Virus record (IMG/VR): IMGVR_UViG_3300042359_000853
Span: 163,584-227,583 of that record
Strand: one strand, 5' to 3'
DNA: 64,000 bases
The position numbers and the translations under genes were made by a program. A model generated the notes under the pieces. The model worked only from the letters and a program-made list of their open reading frames with translations. It had not been told where the DNA came from and did not search any database. Shown one piece after another: positions 1 through 9,555 of this stretch. Within the stretch, counting starts at the first letter, position 1. Every line of letters begins with the position of its first letter.

Positions 1-1
1 T

Positions 2-190
2 GATTCAAAACCTCAGACAAAAAGAAGACTTATATCTAAATATCAAGGTCTTTTCCTAGTTTCTACTCTATTAGACAAGTTGTTGGTTAGTAAAGAATCT
101 GTGGATAATGTTCTTCAAAAAATATTCTATTACGCTCTTGCTATTGAAAATCAAGAATATGAATGCCCTAAATACATTCGTATTATATGA
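2..190 (+). CDS. 3' end of a hypothetical protein (truncated by window start)
   Basis: Open frame from base 2 (DSKPQTKRRLISKY...CPKYIRII) to TGA at 188-190, directly followed by a terminator hairpin; not in the ORF track. Confidence 0.6.
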   Translation, partial: DSKPQTKRRLISKYQGLFLVSTLLDKLLVSKESVDNVLQKIFYYALAIENQEYECPKYIRII

Positions 191-218
191 AAAAACCCAG
201 ATTTCTCTGGGTTTTTTT
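190..218. terminator. Bidirectional intrinsic terminator
   Basis: aaaaaacccaga-tttc-tctgggttttttt inverted repeat between convergent genes. Confidence 0.8.
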
Positions 219-242
219 GTGCTGAAAAATAAAAAAAAGTAA

Positions 243-869
243 TTAAGAAACATAAACTTGTGGTGGTTGAATAGTAAATCCACCGTCAATATACTCATCA
301 ATGAAGTAATCCCAAACAAAAGTAGCATCGATACTGTTGATGATACCTGGTGTTGCCCAATCAAAATCAGCATAAGTCAAAGTTTGAAGTTGGCAATTTT
401 GGTAAGTTACTCTTCTAAGCACATATCCTTTTTTATCATGTTGATTAACAATTATTGTTCCGATAAGATCAGATTTATAATGAAGAGAACCGTTTTGAGA
501 GTTCCAAGCTAGATCATACCAAGCTTTGAGTGTAGTGAAGGTTTCCATATTCAATTGCTCATTAACATTCACGTTGAATGGAATTGTGATTGTTCCAGAG
601 GTTGTTTGTGGAGTATTCAAAAATTCACGAGTTGAGTATTTAAATCTTTGCGTTGAGTTTTGAAGGTTTCTAGTGAGCTGTGTTTGATTTATCGGAGCTT
701 TAAGACCTTGTTGAAGAAGAAGAACTGGATCTCTTCCTTGTGCTTGTAAAATTACCGGTAGAAGAAAAGTAATCTCAAAGAGATTGGTATATACCGGTTC
801 TTGTGGCTTGGTTCCAGGACCACCCGGAGAACCAGTCATATAAAGTTGTGTGAAATGTGGTAGAGGCAT
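243..869 (-). CDS. Tail tube protein (T4 gp19-like)
   Basis: MPLPH...EPVYTNLFEITF N-terminus, 'LKAWYDLAWNSQNG', 'IGTIIVNQHDKKG...RRVTY.NC' pattern typical of gp19-like tube proteins; size ~200 aa. Confidence 0.8.
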   Translation of the reverse strand: MPLPHFTQLYMTGSPGGPGTKPQEPVYTNLFEITFLLPVILQAQGRDPVLLLQQGLKAPINQTQLTRNLQNSTQRFKYSTREFLNTPQTTSGTITIPFNVNVNEQLNMETFTTLKAWYDLAWNSQNGSLHYKSDLIGTIIVNQHDKKGYVLRRVTYQNCQLQTLTYADFDWATPGIINSIDATFVWDYFIDEYIDGGFTIQPPQVYVS

Positions 870-953
870 ATTTCTAAAGTTTTTTTTAGTTATATATTAA
901 AGTTTTTTTTTCTCTATTCCTAACATTTTCATAAAAAATATTATAATTAGATT

Positions 954-2078
954 ATGAGTAAAATATTTTTAGTAGGTGATATACACCTAGGTATGGGTTG
1001 GCCTAATAGTTATACTAAATGGTCAAAGGTCCATCAAGATTATTTTTCCGATTTTCTATTTCCACTTCTTGAAAGTCAGTTAAGTAGCCAAGATATTATT
1101 GTATTACTTGGTGATTTTTTTGATAATCGTGAAGTGATACCTATAGATACCTTAAATTATGGAAAAAGTGTTATAGAAAGATTATCTCGGTTAGCTCCAA
1201 CACACATCATCGTTGGAAATCACGATCTTTGGACTAGAAGTTCATCCGAGATCAATTCAGTCAATATTTTTGGATGGATACCGAATGTTTCTATTTATCA
1301 AAAAACTTCCCAAATCCAATATAGAGATAAGAAGATTTGTATGATGCCCTATATTCACCATAAAGAAGAACAAATCAAAGAAATCGAAAAATTTAGAGAT
1401 AGTAACTATTTATTTTGTCATTCAGATCTGAATGGATGTAAAATGCACTTAACATCGACAGCGCATAGAAACTCGGATAAAATTGATCTAGATGAGTTCA
1501 GGTCTTTTGAAAAAGTAAGATCAGGTCATATTCACATTCGTCAAGAGACAGGTATATTCAAGTTTGTTGGTTCTATTTTTCAAATGGATAGAGCTGATAT
1601 GGGAGACCAGAAAGGTATTTGGATTATTGATACTGATGATGATTCCGAGGTTTTCATCCCCAACACGAAATCTCCTATTTTCGAAAAGGTTTATGTTAAA
1701 ACTCCTGAAGATGTTGAAGATTTATCTAACCTAAAAGATTCTAAAAACTGGATAGATCTCTATATCTCAAACTCACTTCTTATCAACAACAGAAAACTCA
1801 GAAGAAAGTTGGAGATTCTTTTAGAAACAATTAACTTTTTATCGGTAAGTTATATTGATGATATTCAAGTTTTAGAAAAATTAGAAGGTCAAAATGAGTC
1901 AGGAGTCTTGGACGAAGAGGTCATAGCAAGAGCTATCAATCTTGAACTCGAATATACAGAAGTTATTAAAAACTATATAGAAGAACAAAAGTGGGAATCA
2001 AAAAAGATCAAATCTGGTATTCTTACTGAGTTTGACGAAATTAGTAGAATATATCAAGATGGATTTCAAAAAAATTAA
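954..2078 (+). CDS. Recombination endonuclease subunit (T4 gp47 / SbcD-Mre11 metallophosphoesterase)
   Basis: GDIHLG, LGDFFDNR, VGNHD, FCH and SGHIH phosphoesterase motifs. Confidence 0.9.
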   Translation: MSKIFLVGDIHLGMGWPNSYTKWSKVHQDYFSDFLFPLLESQLSSQDIIVLLGDFFDNREVIPIDTLNYGKSVIERLSRLAPTHIIVGNHDLWTRSSSEINSVNIFGWIPNVSIYQKTSQIQYRDKKICMMPYIHHKEEQIKEIEKFRDSNYLFCHSDLNGCKMHLTSTAHRNSDKIDLDEFRSFEKVRSGHIHIRQETGIFKFVGSIFQMDRADMGDQKGIWIIDTDDDSEVFIPNTKSPIFEKVYVKTPEDVEDLSNLKDSKNWIDLYISNSLLINNRKLRRKLEILLETINFLSVSYIDDIQVLEKLEGQNESGVLDEEVIARAINLELEYTEVIKNYIEEQKWESKKIKSGILTEFDEISRIYQDGFQKN

Positions 2079-2081
2079 ACT

Positions 2082-2888
2082 ATGATACTTGTTACTGGAT
2101 ACAAAGGATTTATTGGTAAAAACCTATTTGATAAACTCATACAACTCAACTACTCCATCACAGGTTTAGATAGTGAATATTTTCTAGAAGAAGATTGGCA
2201 AGGTTGGCTAAAAAAGTACTTGAATGATAAATCACCAAGTTTCGTATTTCATGTAGGTGCGTGCTCCGATACACTAGAGACTGATGTAAATTATATGCTT
2301 ACTAGAAACTATGAATCTACTAGAATCATTTCTTCTTGGTGCGAAAGAAACGGTGTGGGTTTGGTTTATTCTTCCTCGGCTGCTAACTATGGATCGACTG
2401 GTCATCTTCCTACAAATCTTTATGGATGGAGTAAAAAAATAGCTGAAGATTTTGTATTATTAAAAGGTGGGGTTGCTCTTCGATATTTCAATGCCTTCGG
2501 ACCTGGTGAAGAAGGTAAAGGTAAAATGGCTTCTGTAGCCTATCAATCATGGATTAGAAATAAAGTGGGTGAGAAGATTAAACTCTTTCCAGGCCGTCCA
2601 ACTCGAGATTTTATCTATATAAGAGATATTGTAGAGGCGAATATATCTGCTATGAAAAACTACAGATCTATTTTTGGTAATTACTATGATATAGGAACTG
2701 GAGTTTCATCACCATTTGAAGATGTTTTAGAAAATTTAGATATACCTTTCACCTATACCGATAGTCTAGAAATACCAAAAGGATATCAATTTTTCACACA
2801 AGCTAATTCATCGAAATTTCTAAGAGGTTGGGAACCCAGATGGACTCTCTCAACTGCTCTAGCCGATTATAGAAAATATTTAGATTAA
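2082..2888 (+). CDS. hldD: ADP-L-glycero-D-manno-heptose 6-epimerase-like NAD-dependent epimerase
   Basis: TGYKGFIG Rossmann motif, FHVGACSDT, YSSSAANYG, YGWSK (YxxxK), LRYFN.FGPGE..KG.MAS, RDFIYI. Confidence 0.8.
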   Translation: MILVTGYKGFIGKNLFDKLIQLNYSITGLDSEYFLEEDWQGWLKKYLNDKSPSFVFHVGACSDTLETDVNYMLTRNYESTRIISSWCERNGVGLVYSSSAANYGSTGHLPTNLYGWSKKIAEDFVLLKGGVALRYFNAFGPGEEGKGKMASVAYQSWIRNKVGEKIKLFPGRPTRDFIYIRDIVEANISAMKNYRSIFGNYYDIGTGVSSPFEDVLENLDIPFTYTDSLEIPKGYQFFTQANSSKFLRGWEPRWTLSTALADYRKYLD

Positions 2889-3826
2889 GCAAATATCTTA
2901 TTCGCGTAGTTTCTGGTTTCTCTGCTCAATTGGTCCTGTATTTCTACAAAAGGAATTCCATCTTCTAGAGCTTTTTTATAAATATCTAGATTAGGACCAC
3001 TGTTGTATCCAGCAACAGCTAGGTCAAGTCTTTTCGGAAACCTATTTAGATGATCATTCATCATTTTTATATAGATTCTTAAAGATTCTTCTGAATTAGT
3101 TCTTAGACCACGACCACCATAGGAGTTCCAAGTTCCTATCAAAAACTGACACAGACCCACAGCTCCTGCACTAGATCTTGCCCTAGGATTAAAGTTAGAT
3201 TCAGTGTAGATTTGTCTTAGCGCTATAATATAGGGAAGACCTATTGAATTACAATCCCCCTCGAATTTTTTTGCTACTTCTTGGCCTACCACTTCTACGA
3301 ATTTATTCTTCAAGCTCTCATCATCAGGTAAAGGATCTCTAGAAGGGGCTTTAGCACCATCAAAAGTGGGAATACCCCCTTTCAGTGGAAGATCAAACTG
3401 TCTATTTAATACTGGTGATTCAGACTCCTTGCGAACAGGTCCTTCTGGTGGCATTTCAGTTGAGGGTTTTTTTGTAGTAGTAGAAGTTGTTGTTGCTTCT
3501 TTGGTTGTAGTTGTTGGTGTAGTATCTTGTTCTTTTGGTGTTCCGGCTGGTGTTTTCCAGGCCTGAGCTCTAGTTATCACTTTTTTTGGTGAGCCATCTT
3601 CTCTTTCATCTGGAAATTCAGTATCTAATATGTCGATTGATCTTTGATAAGAGTCTTTGAAATCTTTTCCAGTTATTTGATACCATTTCGTTGAACCCTT
3701 TCGTCTTGAGAGCCAATGTCCACCTTCTACCTTGTACTCAAAAGGATCGCCAGATCGTGTTTTAATTTCACCTACAGATTCGGTCAGATAGCTATAAAAT
3801 TGTTCCCAATTATGAAGTCTTCTCAT
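2885..3826 (-). CDS. Lytic transglycosylase (C-terminal SLT domain) with Thr-rich linker; putative virion protein
   Basis: IYTESNFNPRARSSAGAVGLCQF, AVAGYNSG and ETRNY SLT motifs; TTPTTTTKEATTTSTTT linker. Confidence 0.85.
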   Translation of the reverse strand: MRRLHNWEQFYSYLTESVGEIKTRSGDPFEYKVEGGHWLSRRKGSTKWYQITGKDFKDSYQRSIDILDTEFPDEREDGSPKKVITRAQAWKTPAGTPKEQDTTPTTTTKEATTTSTTTKKPSTEMPPEGPVRKESESPVLNRQFDLPLKGGIPTFDGAKAPSRDPLPDDESLKNKFVEVVGQEVAKKFEGDCNSIGLPYIIALRQIYTESNFNPRARSSAGAVGLCQFLIGTWNSYGGRGLRTNSEESLRIYIKMMNDHLNRFPKRLDLAVAGYNSGPNLDIYKKALEDGIPFVEIQDQLSRETRNYANKIFA

Positions 3827-3840
3827 AGATTTGTTTTTTT

Positions 3841-4407
3841 TTATCTAGAATAGTTAGGTGTTCTAGGCCCCTTTTTGCCCTCTTTTTCAACCTTTCTTTT
3901 ACGAGCAACAGATGCCTTTTTTTGTTTTTTTGTCATTTTAGCTGCTACTCTTACCTTACGACATTTTGGATATCCACCCCTCGACGCATCATCTCTACCA
4001 CATGGTGGATGTGATCCATCTGGATTTGTTTTAGAAATATCAACCCACTTTTCTTTAAACCACTTATCTAGACCACCGTGAGTATCTGAATAAGACCGTT
4101 TTTTTTCAAAGAACTGAGAATAGGATAGAATGTTATCTATAGATTCCTGTGTATTTTCTATTTGTTCTAGTTTATCGTAGTATTTCGGATCTTCCATCAG
4201 ATGATCAGTAGCTATTTCTCTAGCAATACTCTGGTCATCGGTGTGCTCCATTTCAACAGAAATACCCCTTTCTAGTTGCTTGTCGATCGTCTGATCTTCA
4301 ATAGGAAGATTGTGTTTCTTCTTGATATCTGCTAGAGTTTTACCATCGGATAGACCACCTGGTATTTTATCTTCTAAAAAAGATTGATATTTTAGAACGT
4401 CTTTCAT
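3841..4407 (-). CDS. Two-domain hypothetical protein (GIxVEMEHT...DHLxEDPKYY domain plus GLDKWFKEKWVD basic domain)
   Basis: Both motifs recur in large-phage hypothetical proteins; ORF is tightly packed with its neighbours. Confidence 0.7.
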   Translation of the reverse strand: MKDVLKYQSFLEDKIPGGLSDGKTLADIKKKHNLPIEDQTIDKQLERGISVEMEHTDDQSIAREIATDHLMEDPKYYDKLEQIENTQESIDNILSYSQFFEKKRSYSDTHGGLDKWFKEKWVDISKTNPDGSHPPCGRDDASRGGYPKCRKVRVAAKMTKKQKKASVARKRKVEKEGKKGPRTPNYSR

Positions 4408-5195
4408 TTTTTGGATCTTGATTTTTTCTTACCCTTTTTCCAGCGACCACCCTTTTCTTTGTATCTTTTAGCTGCTGCTCCTACAGCATAGGCTGAAGGC
4501 CAAACTTCGTATCTTGATTTGGCCCAACTCTTACAAGAAGCCCAAAGAGATGGATTGAGAGGTATGTTTTTCTCTAATAAAAAACTATATCCAACACTTT
4601 CATTATGTTGTATGTAAAGTTTCAGCTCATCTTGAATAAACCCAACCGCCTCTTCTATTCCAGAAAAGTATAACTCTTCAAATTCATCGTCTAAGTCTTC
4701 GAGATTAGTAGAGAATAGTTTATGTATTCTCACTAGACCTTCTTCACGATTTTCATCTATGTTGATAACCCACTCATAATAATAATCAAGATCGAGTTCA
4801 TCGCTAGTATATCTAACTTTCACAACAATATCATCATCTTGCATTTCCCAATCGAATTTAGATTCAAGCCCTGAAAAAAGTTCAGAAAATTCAATCATTT
4901 TTTCTTTTAGATAATTAATATCTTGAGATATATCTTCATTTATTTGATAAAATTGAGAAAATTTGTAAACAATACCCTCTTCTATCTGTGATTGAACTTG
5001 GGTATCTAAAATTTCATATTCATCTATATCGGGAAGAAGAGCTAATTTACTACCAGAATCCCAATCTACAAAAATACTTCCCATATCATCAATATAACTT
5101 ATTTTTCCCTCATCACCACTTCTAAGTTTAGTATAGGGATCTTCCAGTCGTATAATTCTTACTCTTTTTCCTATTAAATTGTCTTTTTCTTTCAT
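4404..5195 (-). CDS. Modular hypothetical protein (DUF4314-like N-terminus; basic VWPSAYA C-terminal domain)
   Basis: RVRIIRLEDPY..L..GDEG.I..IDDMGSIFVDWDSGSKLAL resembles DUF4314; C-terminus NPSLWASCK..AK.RYEVWPSAYA. Confidence 0.65.
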   Translation of the reverse strand: MKEKDNLIGKRVRIIRLEDPYTKLRSGDEGKISYIDDMGSIFVDWDSGSKLALLPDIDEYEILDTQVQSQIEEGIVYKFSQFYQINEDISQDINYLKEKMIEFSELFSGLESKFDWEMQDDDIVVKVRYTSDELDLDYYYEWVINIDENREEGLVRIHKLFSTNLEDLDDEFEELYFSGIEEAVGFIQDELKLYIQHNESVGYSFLLEKNIPLNPSLWASCKSWAKSRYEVWPSAYAVGAAAKRYKEKGGRWKKGKKKSRSKK

Positions 5196-5248
5196 ATCTG
5201 TATGTATATATATATTTTTTGAAAAATAGTAATTTTATATATAAACAA

Positions 5249-5935
5249 ATGATTACTACAAAAGATTTAGAAACAACATTCAAGGAAATATTCGAAACTG
5301 AAAAGGGGTTAGTTCAATCCATAGAAACTGTATTCGAATTATCAAGGGATAAAAGTTTTTACAAACTCGTAATTTCTATACATGGACTTTCTATCGAAGA
5401 TACACTTATTATTCATACTAAATTTATCTTCAAAACAAATTTAGAAAAAAACAAATTAATCGAAAACTCGTTTATCTATCTCTACGATATAAATTGTGAA
5501 TATCACAAAGTAGATTTTAGAAATATTATTGATCTTAGAAAAAAGATAGAAGATATTATTGAATCAAATGAGTTCGGAACAGATCTTCAAATACTCTCTG
5601 ATTTTATCGAGGCACCATCGATGTTCTTGAACTATTATCTTAAAAGAGCTAGAATAACAAACTACTCAATTTATGATGTTAAATATGATCCGAAATTTAA
5701 GACACTACCTTGTAGTCAAATAACATTTGATTTCAAGATAAATGTTAATAACGCTTATGATATTTCAGTTTCTATTCAGAAAAAAGAAAAAGAAGAGGTT
5801 GATGATATAGTGAGGTATAAATTCAGATTTCAATTTTTAGATAAAATCTTTAATAGAGAAACCGACACACTAACAAACATTCACTTTTTTATTGGATCAA
5901 ATATAGCAAAAACGCTCGATAAAATGATTAAATAA
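5249..5935 (+). CDS. Hypothetical protein
   Basis: Long ORF; start moved from 5219 to the in-frame ATG at 5249, just downstream of a TATATAAA element. Confidence 0.65.
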   Translation: MITTKDLETTFKEIFETEKGLVQSIETVFELSRDKSFYKLVISIHGLSIEDTLIIHTKFIFKTNLEKNKLIENSFIYLYDINCEYHKVDFRNIIDLRKKIEDIIESNEFGTDLQILSDFIEAPSMFLNYYLKRARITNYSIYDVKYDPKFKTLPCSQITFDFKINVNNAYDISVSIQKKEKEEVDDIVRYKFRFQFLDKIFNRETDTLTNIHFFIGSNIAKTLDKMIK

Positions 5936-5967
5936 TTTATATATACATAAAAATAAAAACTTCTACT

Positions 5968-6699
5968 ATGTTCAAACCAAATACCAATAACTATAGAACA
6001 AAATATTCTAAAATATCTCAATTTCATGATTTTACTGATAACATCTCATCTGAAAAAGATGATTTAGAAAGTGTAAAAAGAAGTTATGATCAAGATCATG
6101 ATTCAGATTATGAGCTACCTAATCTCTTCAAGTATAAATACAACCGTGTAACTCGAAAGATAGATGATAAAACGAAAGCTGAAGTTTTAGATGAGTTAGA
6201 AGAGATGCCAAATCCAAAAAAAGAAAAAGAATATACATTAGAACTTGAAAATTTAACTTCATTTGAGGATTTCGCAGATACACCGTCAAATGAAGTGAAT
6301 GAAGGACCAACTTCCTATATGTTTTTCAATAATCTTAAACTTATTCATAAACTTGTTAACGAAATGCTTACTTACGACCAAGAAGTAGTAAACTCTATTT
6401 TAGATCACGGTCACAACTGGGCCGAAGATCATATGTCAGTAGCAAAAGAAGCTATTTCTCATGTAAGAAACTATTTTGTTGGTGAAGTTGATGCTATCTC
6501 CGAATCTTACGAAGGTAACTATATGTTTTTCGGAAATCTAGTTTGTATTTCTGATATGATTGAAGAGATTATGGATAGAGATCCAAATAAAATTGACGTA
6601 GAGCTTAAAGAAAAACACGACTGGGCTGAAGATCATGTCTCAGCCGCTAAAGAAAATGTTACACAAGTTTATGATTTTCTAAAAAATGAAATTAAATAA
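5968..6699 (+). CDS. Hypothetical protein with two tandem (S/N)YMFF..NL...HxWAEDHxSxAKE domains
   Basis: Internal duplication is visible: SYMFFNNL...GHNWAEDHMSVAKE and NYMFFGNL...KHDWAEDHVSAAKE. Confidence 0.75.
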   Translation: MFKPNTNNYRTKYSKISQFHDFTDNISSEKDDLESVKRSYDQDHDSDYELPNLFKYKYNRVTRKIDDKTKAEVLDELEEMPNPKKEKEYTLELENLTSFEDFADTPSNEVNEGPTSYMFFNNLKLIHKLVNEMLTYDQEVVNSILDHGHNWAEDHMSVAKEAISHVRNYFVGEVDAISESYEGNYMFFGNLVCISDMIEEIMDRDPNKIDVELKEKHDWAEDHVSAAKENVTQVYDFLKNEIK

Positions 6700-6702
6700 G
6701 AT

Positions 6703-8124
6703 ATGATTGATAAATATTCCCAGTTTTTAGCACAAAAACTCTTATTAGAATCTGAAATCAAATATTCTGATGGTTTTAGAAAGATATTATCTGATATTGG
6801 TGACCCAGTAAGTAAAACACTATCTTCTCTGGAAAATCAAGATATTAAAACGAATGTTAATTTTATTGATATTCTCAAAGATGATAAAGAGCAATTATCG
6901 TTTATTCAAGATAAAAAAGCTTCAACTCTTTTAAGTAAACTCAAAAATGAAATAGATGTAACTTGGAATGGACAGGGTGGAATACTCAAGAACAACGCGG
7001 ATAATGAAGATGTTTTTTCAGCTCTTGGATATGTTAGACCTGAATCCGGTAATCTTCCAAGACCAGCTTCTACACAAACCAGAGGAAAATTATTGAGAGA
7101 TACGATTTCACCTAAAAGTGGTAAAATCTATGTTCTTGTAAAGTTTGGTGATATGGAAACAGTTCTCAATAAAGAGTTCTTAAATTTTGTTGATAGATCC
7201 GATGAGATCTGGACCCAATCAGTTAGACAACCCATGCGTGTAGGAAGAGCAGTGACTGCTCTATTACAAAATGCACCTGTGAAACACACTTCGGTTGAAA
7301 TTGCTGATTTTGTAAATAGATATAAAACAAAAGTTGATGAACTAAATGACGTATTTAGATTTATAGAAGTTGTAAGTGGTGATGATATAGCTAAGTGGTA
7401 TCATGTAGAAAACTATGAAGAAAAATCGGGTGGTTCAGAACTTCACCGATCATGTATGGCAAGAAAATCAGCAGGTGTCTTTGAAATCTATACCAAGAAT
7501 CCAGAAGTTTGTCAGTTAATTATTCAAAAAAGTGAGAGTGATCCCGACAAAATATCCGCTAGAGCTCTTCTGTGGACTTTGAATAGTGGAAAAAAGTTTA
7601 TGGATAGAGTTTATTTTAATGATCCTCAGTCTATTGAGTTATTTAGAAGTTATTGTAAAGAAAATAATATATGGGCTAAATATAATAATAATAGCGGAGC
7701 TTTTTCATCTGCTATTAATCCCGAAAATGGATCTAGAGAAGAGATCGAAATAGAAGTGGTTCTTGAATCGAGGAAGTACCGTCAGTTTCCCTATATGGAT
7801 ACACTGAAGTTTTTTCATCCGAAAAAAGCAATTCTAGACAACTCACATGAGGATGATCCGAACTGGTATAAATTAGAAGACACCGCTGGTGATTATATAA
7901 GTCAAGAAGATCAGGGGTGTGATAGGTGCTACGGTGAAGATTATGTTGATTGTTGGGAATGTGATGGAACGGCTTATTCTAGTTGTGATAATTGTGACGG
8001 AGACGGTAAAGTTGAAGATGAAGATGGAACAAAAGTTGAATGTGATGTATGCAATGGTAGTGGCAGAATCAATTGTGATACTTGTGATGGGGATGGAAGA
8101 CTTACTTGTCCTGAATGTGGTTAA
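6703..8124 (+). CDS. Hypothetical protein with C-terminal DnaJ-like CxxCxGxG zinc-finger repeats
   Basis: Six CxxC units in the last ~70 aa; SCM, ARALLW, FMDRVY and FPYMDT motifs upstream. Confidence 0.75.
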   Translation: MIDKYSQFLAQKLLLESEIKYSDGFRKILSDIGDPVSKTLSSLENQDIKTNVNFIDILKDDKEQLSFIQDKKASTLLSKLKNEIDVTWNGQGGILKNNADNEDVFSALGYVRPESGNLPRPASTQTRGKLLRDTISPKSGKIYVLVKFGDMETVLNKEFLNFVDRSDEIWTQSVRQPMRVGRAVTALLQNAPVKHTSVEIADFVNRYKTKVDELNDVFRFIEVVSGDDIAKWYHVENYEEKSGGSELHRSCMARKSAGVFEIYTKNPEVCQLIIQKSESDPDKISARALLWTLNSGKKFMDRVYFNDPQSIELFRSYCKENNIWAKYNNNSGAFSSAINPENGSREEIEIEVVLESRKYRQFPYMDTLKFFHPKKAILDNSHEDDPNWYKLEDTAGDYISQEDQGCDRCYGEDYVDCWECDGTAYSSCDNCDGDGKVEDEDGTKVECDVCNGSGRINCDTCDGDGRLTCPECG

Positions 8125-8126
8125 GA

Positions 8127-9068
8127 TTAAATCTTGATTCCTGTCACTGGATCGTAGTTTAAAATAAGAATCTCACGACCTTTTTCTTGTGGTTTTTTTG
8201 TTGATGCGTTATTTCCACCTGAGGCAGAGGATCGATTAACTTCTTTTTCATACCACACATATTTATCTTTCGGAAGAAGCTCTTCAAGTAATGGAAAGTA
8301 ATAATAAGATAGAGACCACCTTGAAGATGTAGTTTTAAGAAGTTCTAATAACCTTCTATGTGAAGCGGGACCGAATACACCTTCAGAATCTGCACCATAC
8401 CAAAATAATCTTTTAGCATCATCTTCACCCTTTTCATTTGGTCTAAAATAAGGTGGATCTAGATATAGATAAGTTGTTGGGCTATCCCATTTTCTAATCA
8501 GAACCTCGAAATCTAGATTATTAAATTCAGTGATTGAATTTAACTTCTGCTCATATTTGCCCTCTTTAAGTTTTTTTAGAAGTGTAAGAAGTTTTAGTCG
8601 GTCTTTATCTTTTTTGTAACCATTAAACCCAGCTCCTCTTGGATAAACCGAATTGTGAGAAGATGTGATTAAAAACGCGTAGATTGCTGCTCTCTTTAGG
8701 TCAGGAATCTCGAAATCTGTAATATCCAAGAAATCATTCTTGGTATATTTGTGGTAGATAGATTTGTAAAAATCCCATTTTTTTAAGGGGTCAGTTTCTG
8801 TCGTTCTTAGAGGACCAGATAAGAACTTTTCTAGAACATCTACGAATGCATCTTTTTGAGAAGCACATTTGAAGAGATTGACTTGGTGTCTGTTTTTATC
8901 ATTGAAGATGACTTTGTCAAAGACCAACTCTGGATCATCCATGTAAGTGGCAAAGCTACCACTGAATGGTTCAATATAACAATCTATACCGGTTTTGGGA
9001 ATTTTTTTATTGATAAATTCCATAAAAACATTCGAACTCTTGCCGCCAAAAAAACTGATAATTGACAT
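8127..9068 (-). CDS. DNA adenine methyltransferase (Dam/D12 class)
   Basis: FFGGKS, YIEPFSGS (motif I) and YLDPPY (motif IV). Confidence 0.9.
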   Translation of the reverse strand: MSIISFFGGKSSNVFMEFINKKIPKTGIDCYIEPFSGSFATYMDDPELVFDKVIFNDKNRHQVNLFKCASQKDAFVDVLEKFLSGPLRTTETDPLKKWDFYKSIYHKYTKNDFLDITDFEIPDLKRAAIYAFLITSSHNSVYPRGAGFNGYKKDKDRLKLLTLLKKLKEGKYEQKLNSITEFNNLDFEVLIRKWDSPTTYLYLDPPYFRPNEKGEDDAKRLFWYGADSEGVFGPASHRRLLELLKTTSSRWSLSYYYFPLLEELLPKDKYVWYEKEVNRSSASGGNNASTKKPQEKGREILILNYDPVTGIKI

Positions 9069-9137
9069 TTTACTTTCTATATTTAATTTTTGTCTTAGTT
9101 ATAGATACTACTCCATCGAAAGTTTCACTACTTTCAT

Positions 9138-9167
9138 AAAAAAACCCAACTCTTCTGGAGTTGGGTT
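9138..9167 (-). terminator. Intrinsic terminator of tmRNA
   Basis: aacccaactc-ttctg-gagttgggtt hairpin with a T-run on the minus strand, immediately 3' of the tmRNA CCA. Confidence 0.85.
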
Positions 9168-9170
9168 ACT

Positions 9171-9520
9171 TGGTGGAGGTGCTGGGATTCGAACCCAGGT
9201 TTCTACATTTACCTAAATAATCAATCATTCACAAGCTTAGAACTCTTTTCTAAGAGAACCAACTATCGGATTTTATCGAAGAACCTTCCGAAAAAACTTT
9301 TGAGGCTATTTATAGAGTTACCTCATTCTCGGAAACGTCTAGGCTACGGCCAATCTGTTTGCCTTTAGGATGTTGTTGCGTAGGGCGAATACTAAGTCTT
9401 CAACGCTTCCTACTTCATTCGTGTTGCCACTTAAAGTTTTCATACAACTTATGAATCGGTGAGTATGATCCGATGCTTGCTTGATTACCCGAATAAATGA
9501 GTCAAAAGCCATTCACCCCC
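9171..9520 (-). ncRNA. ssrA: tmRNA (one-piece, 350 nt)
   Basis: Minus strand starts GGGGGTGAATGGCTTTTGAC and ends CTGGG-TTCGAAT-CCCAG-CACCTCC-A-CCA. The 7-bp acceptor stem has the G3-U alanine wobble, a T-arm is present and CCA is encoded. Internal ORF 9428-9339 reads GNTNEVGSVEDLVFALRNNILKANRLAVA*. Confidence 0.95.
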
Positions 9521-9555
9521 GAGTGTTGATATATATAAAATCGAAAAGATAAGTT

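Noticed and set aside
71-373. 100-aa minus-strand ORF
   Set aside because: Overlaps the tail tube 3' end, the terminator and a real plus-strand gene end; shadow ORF.
7919-8124. DnaJ chaperone
   Set aside because: Only the zinc-finger repeats are present; there is no J-domain or HPD motif.
9171-9215. Apparent tRNA (T-arm plus CCA)
   Set aside because: No anticodon arm; the acceptor partner lies 350 nt away and a tag ORF lies between, so this is tmRNA.
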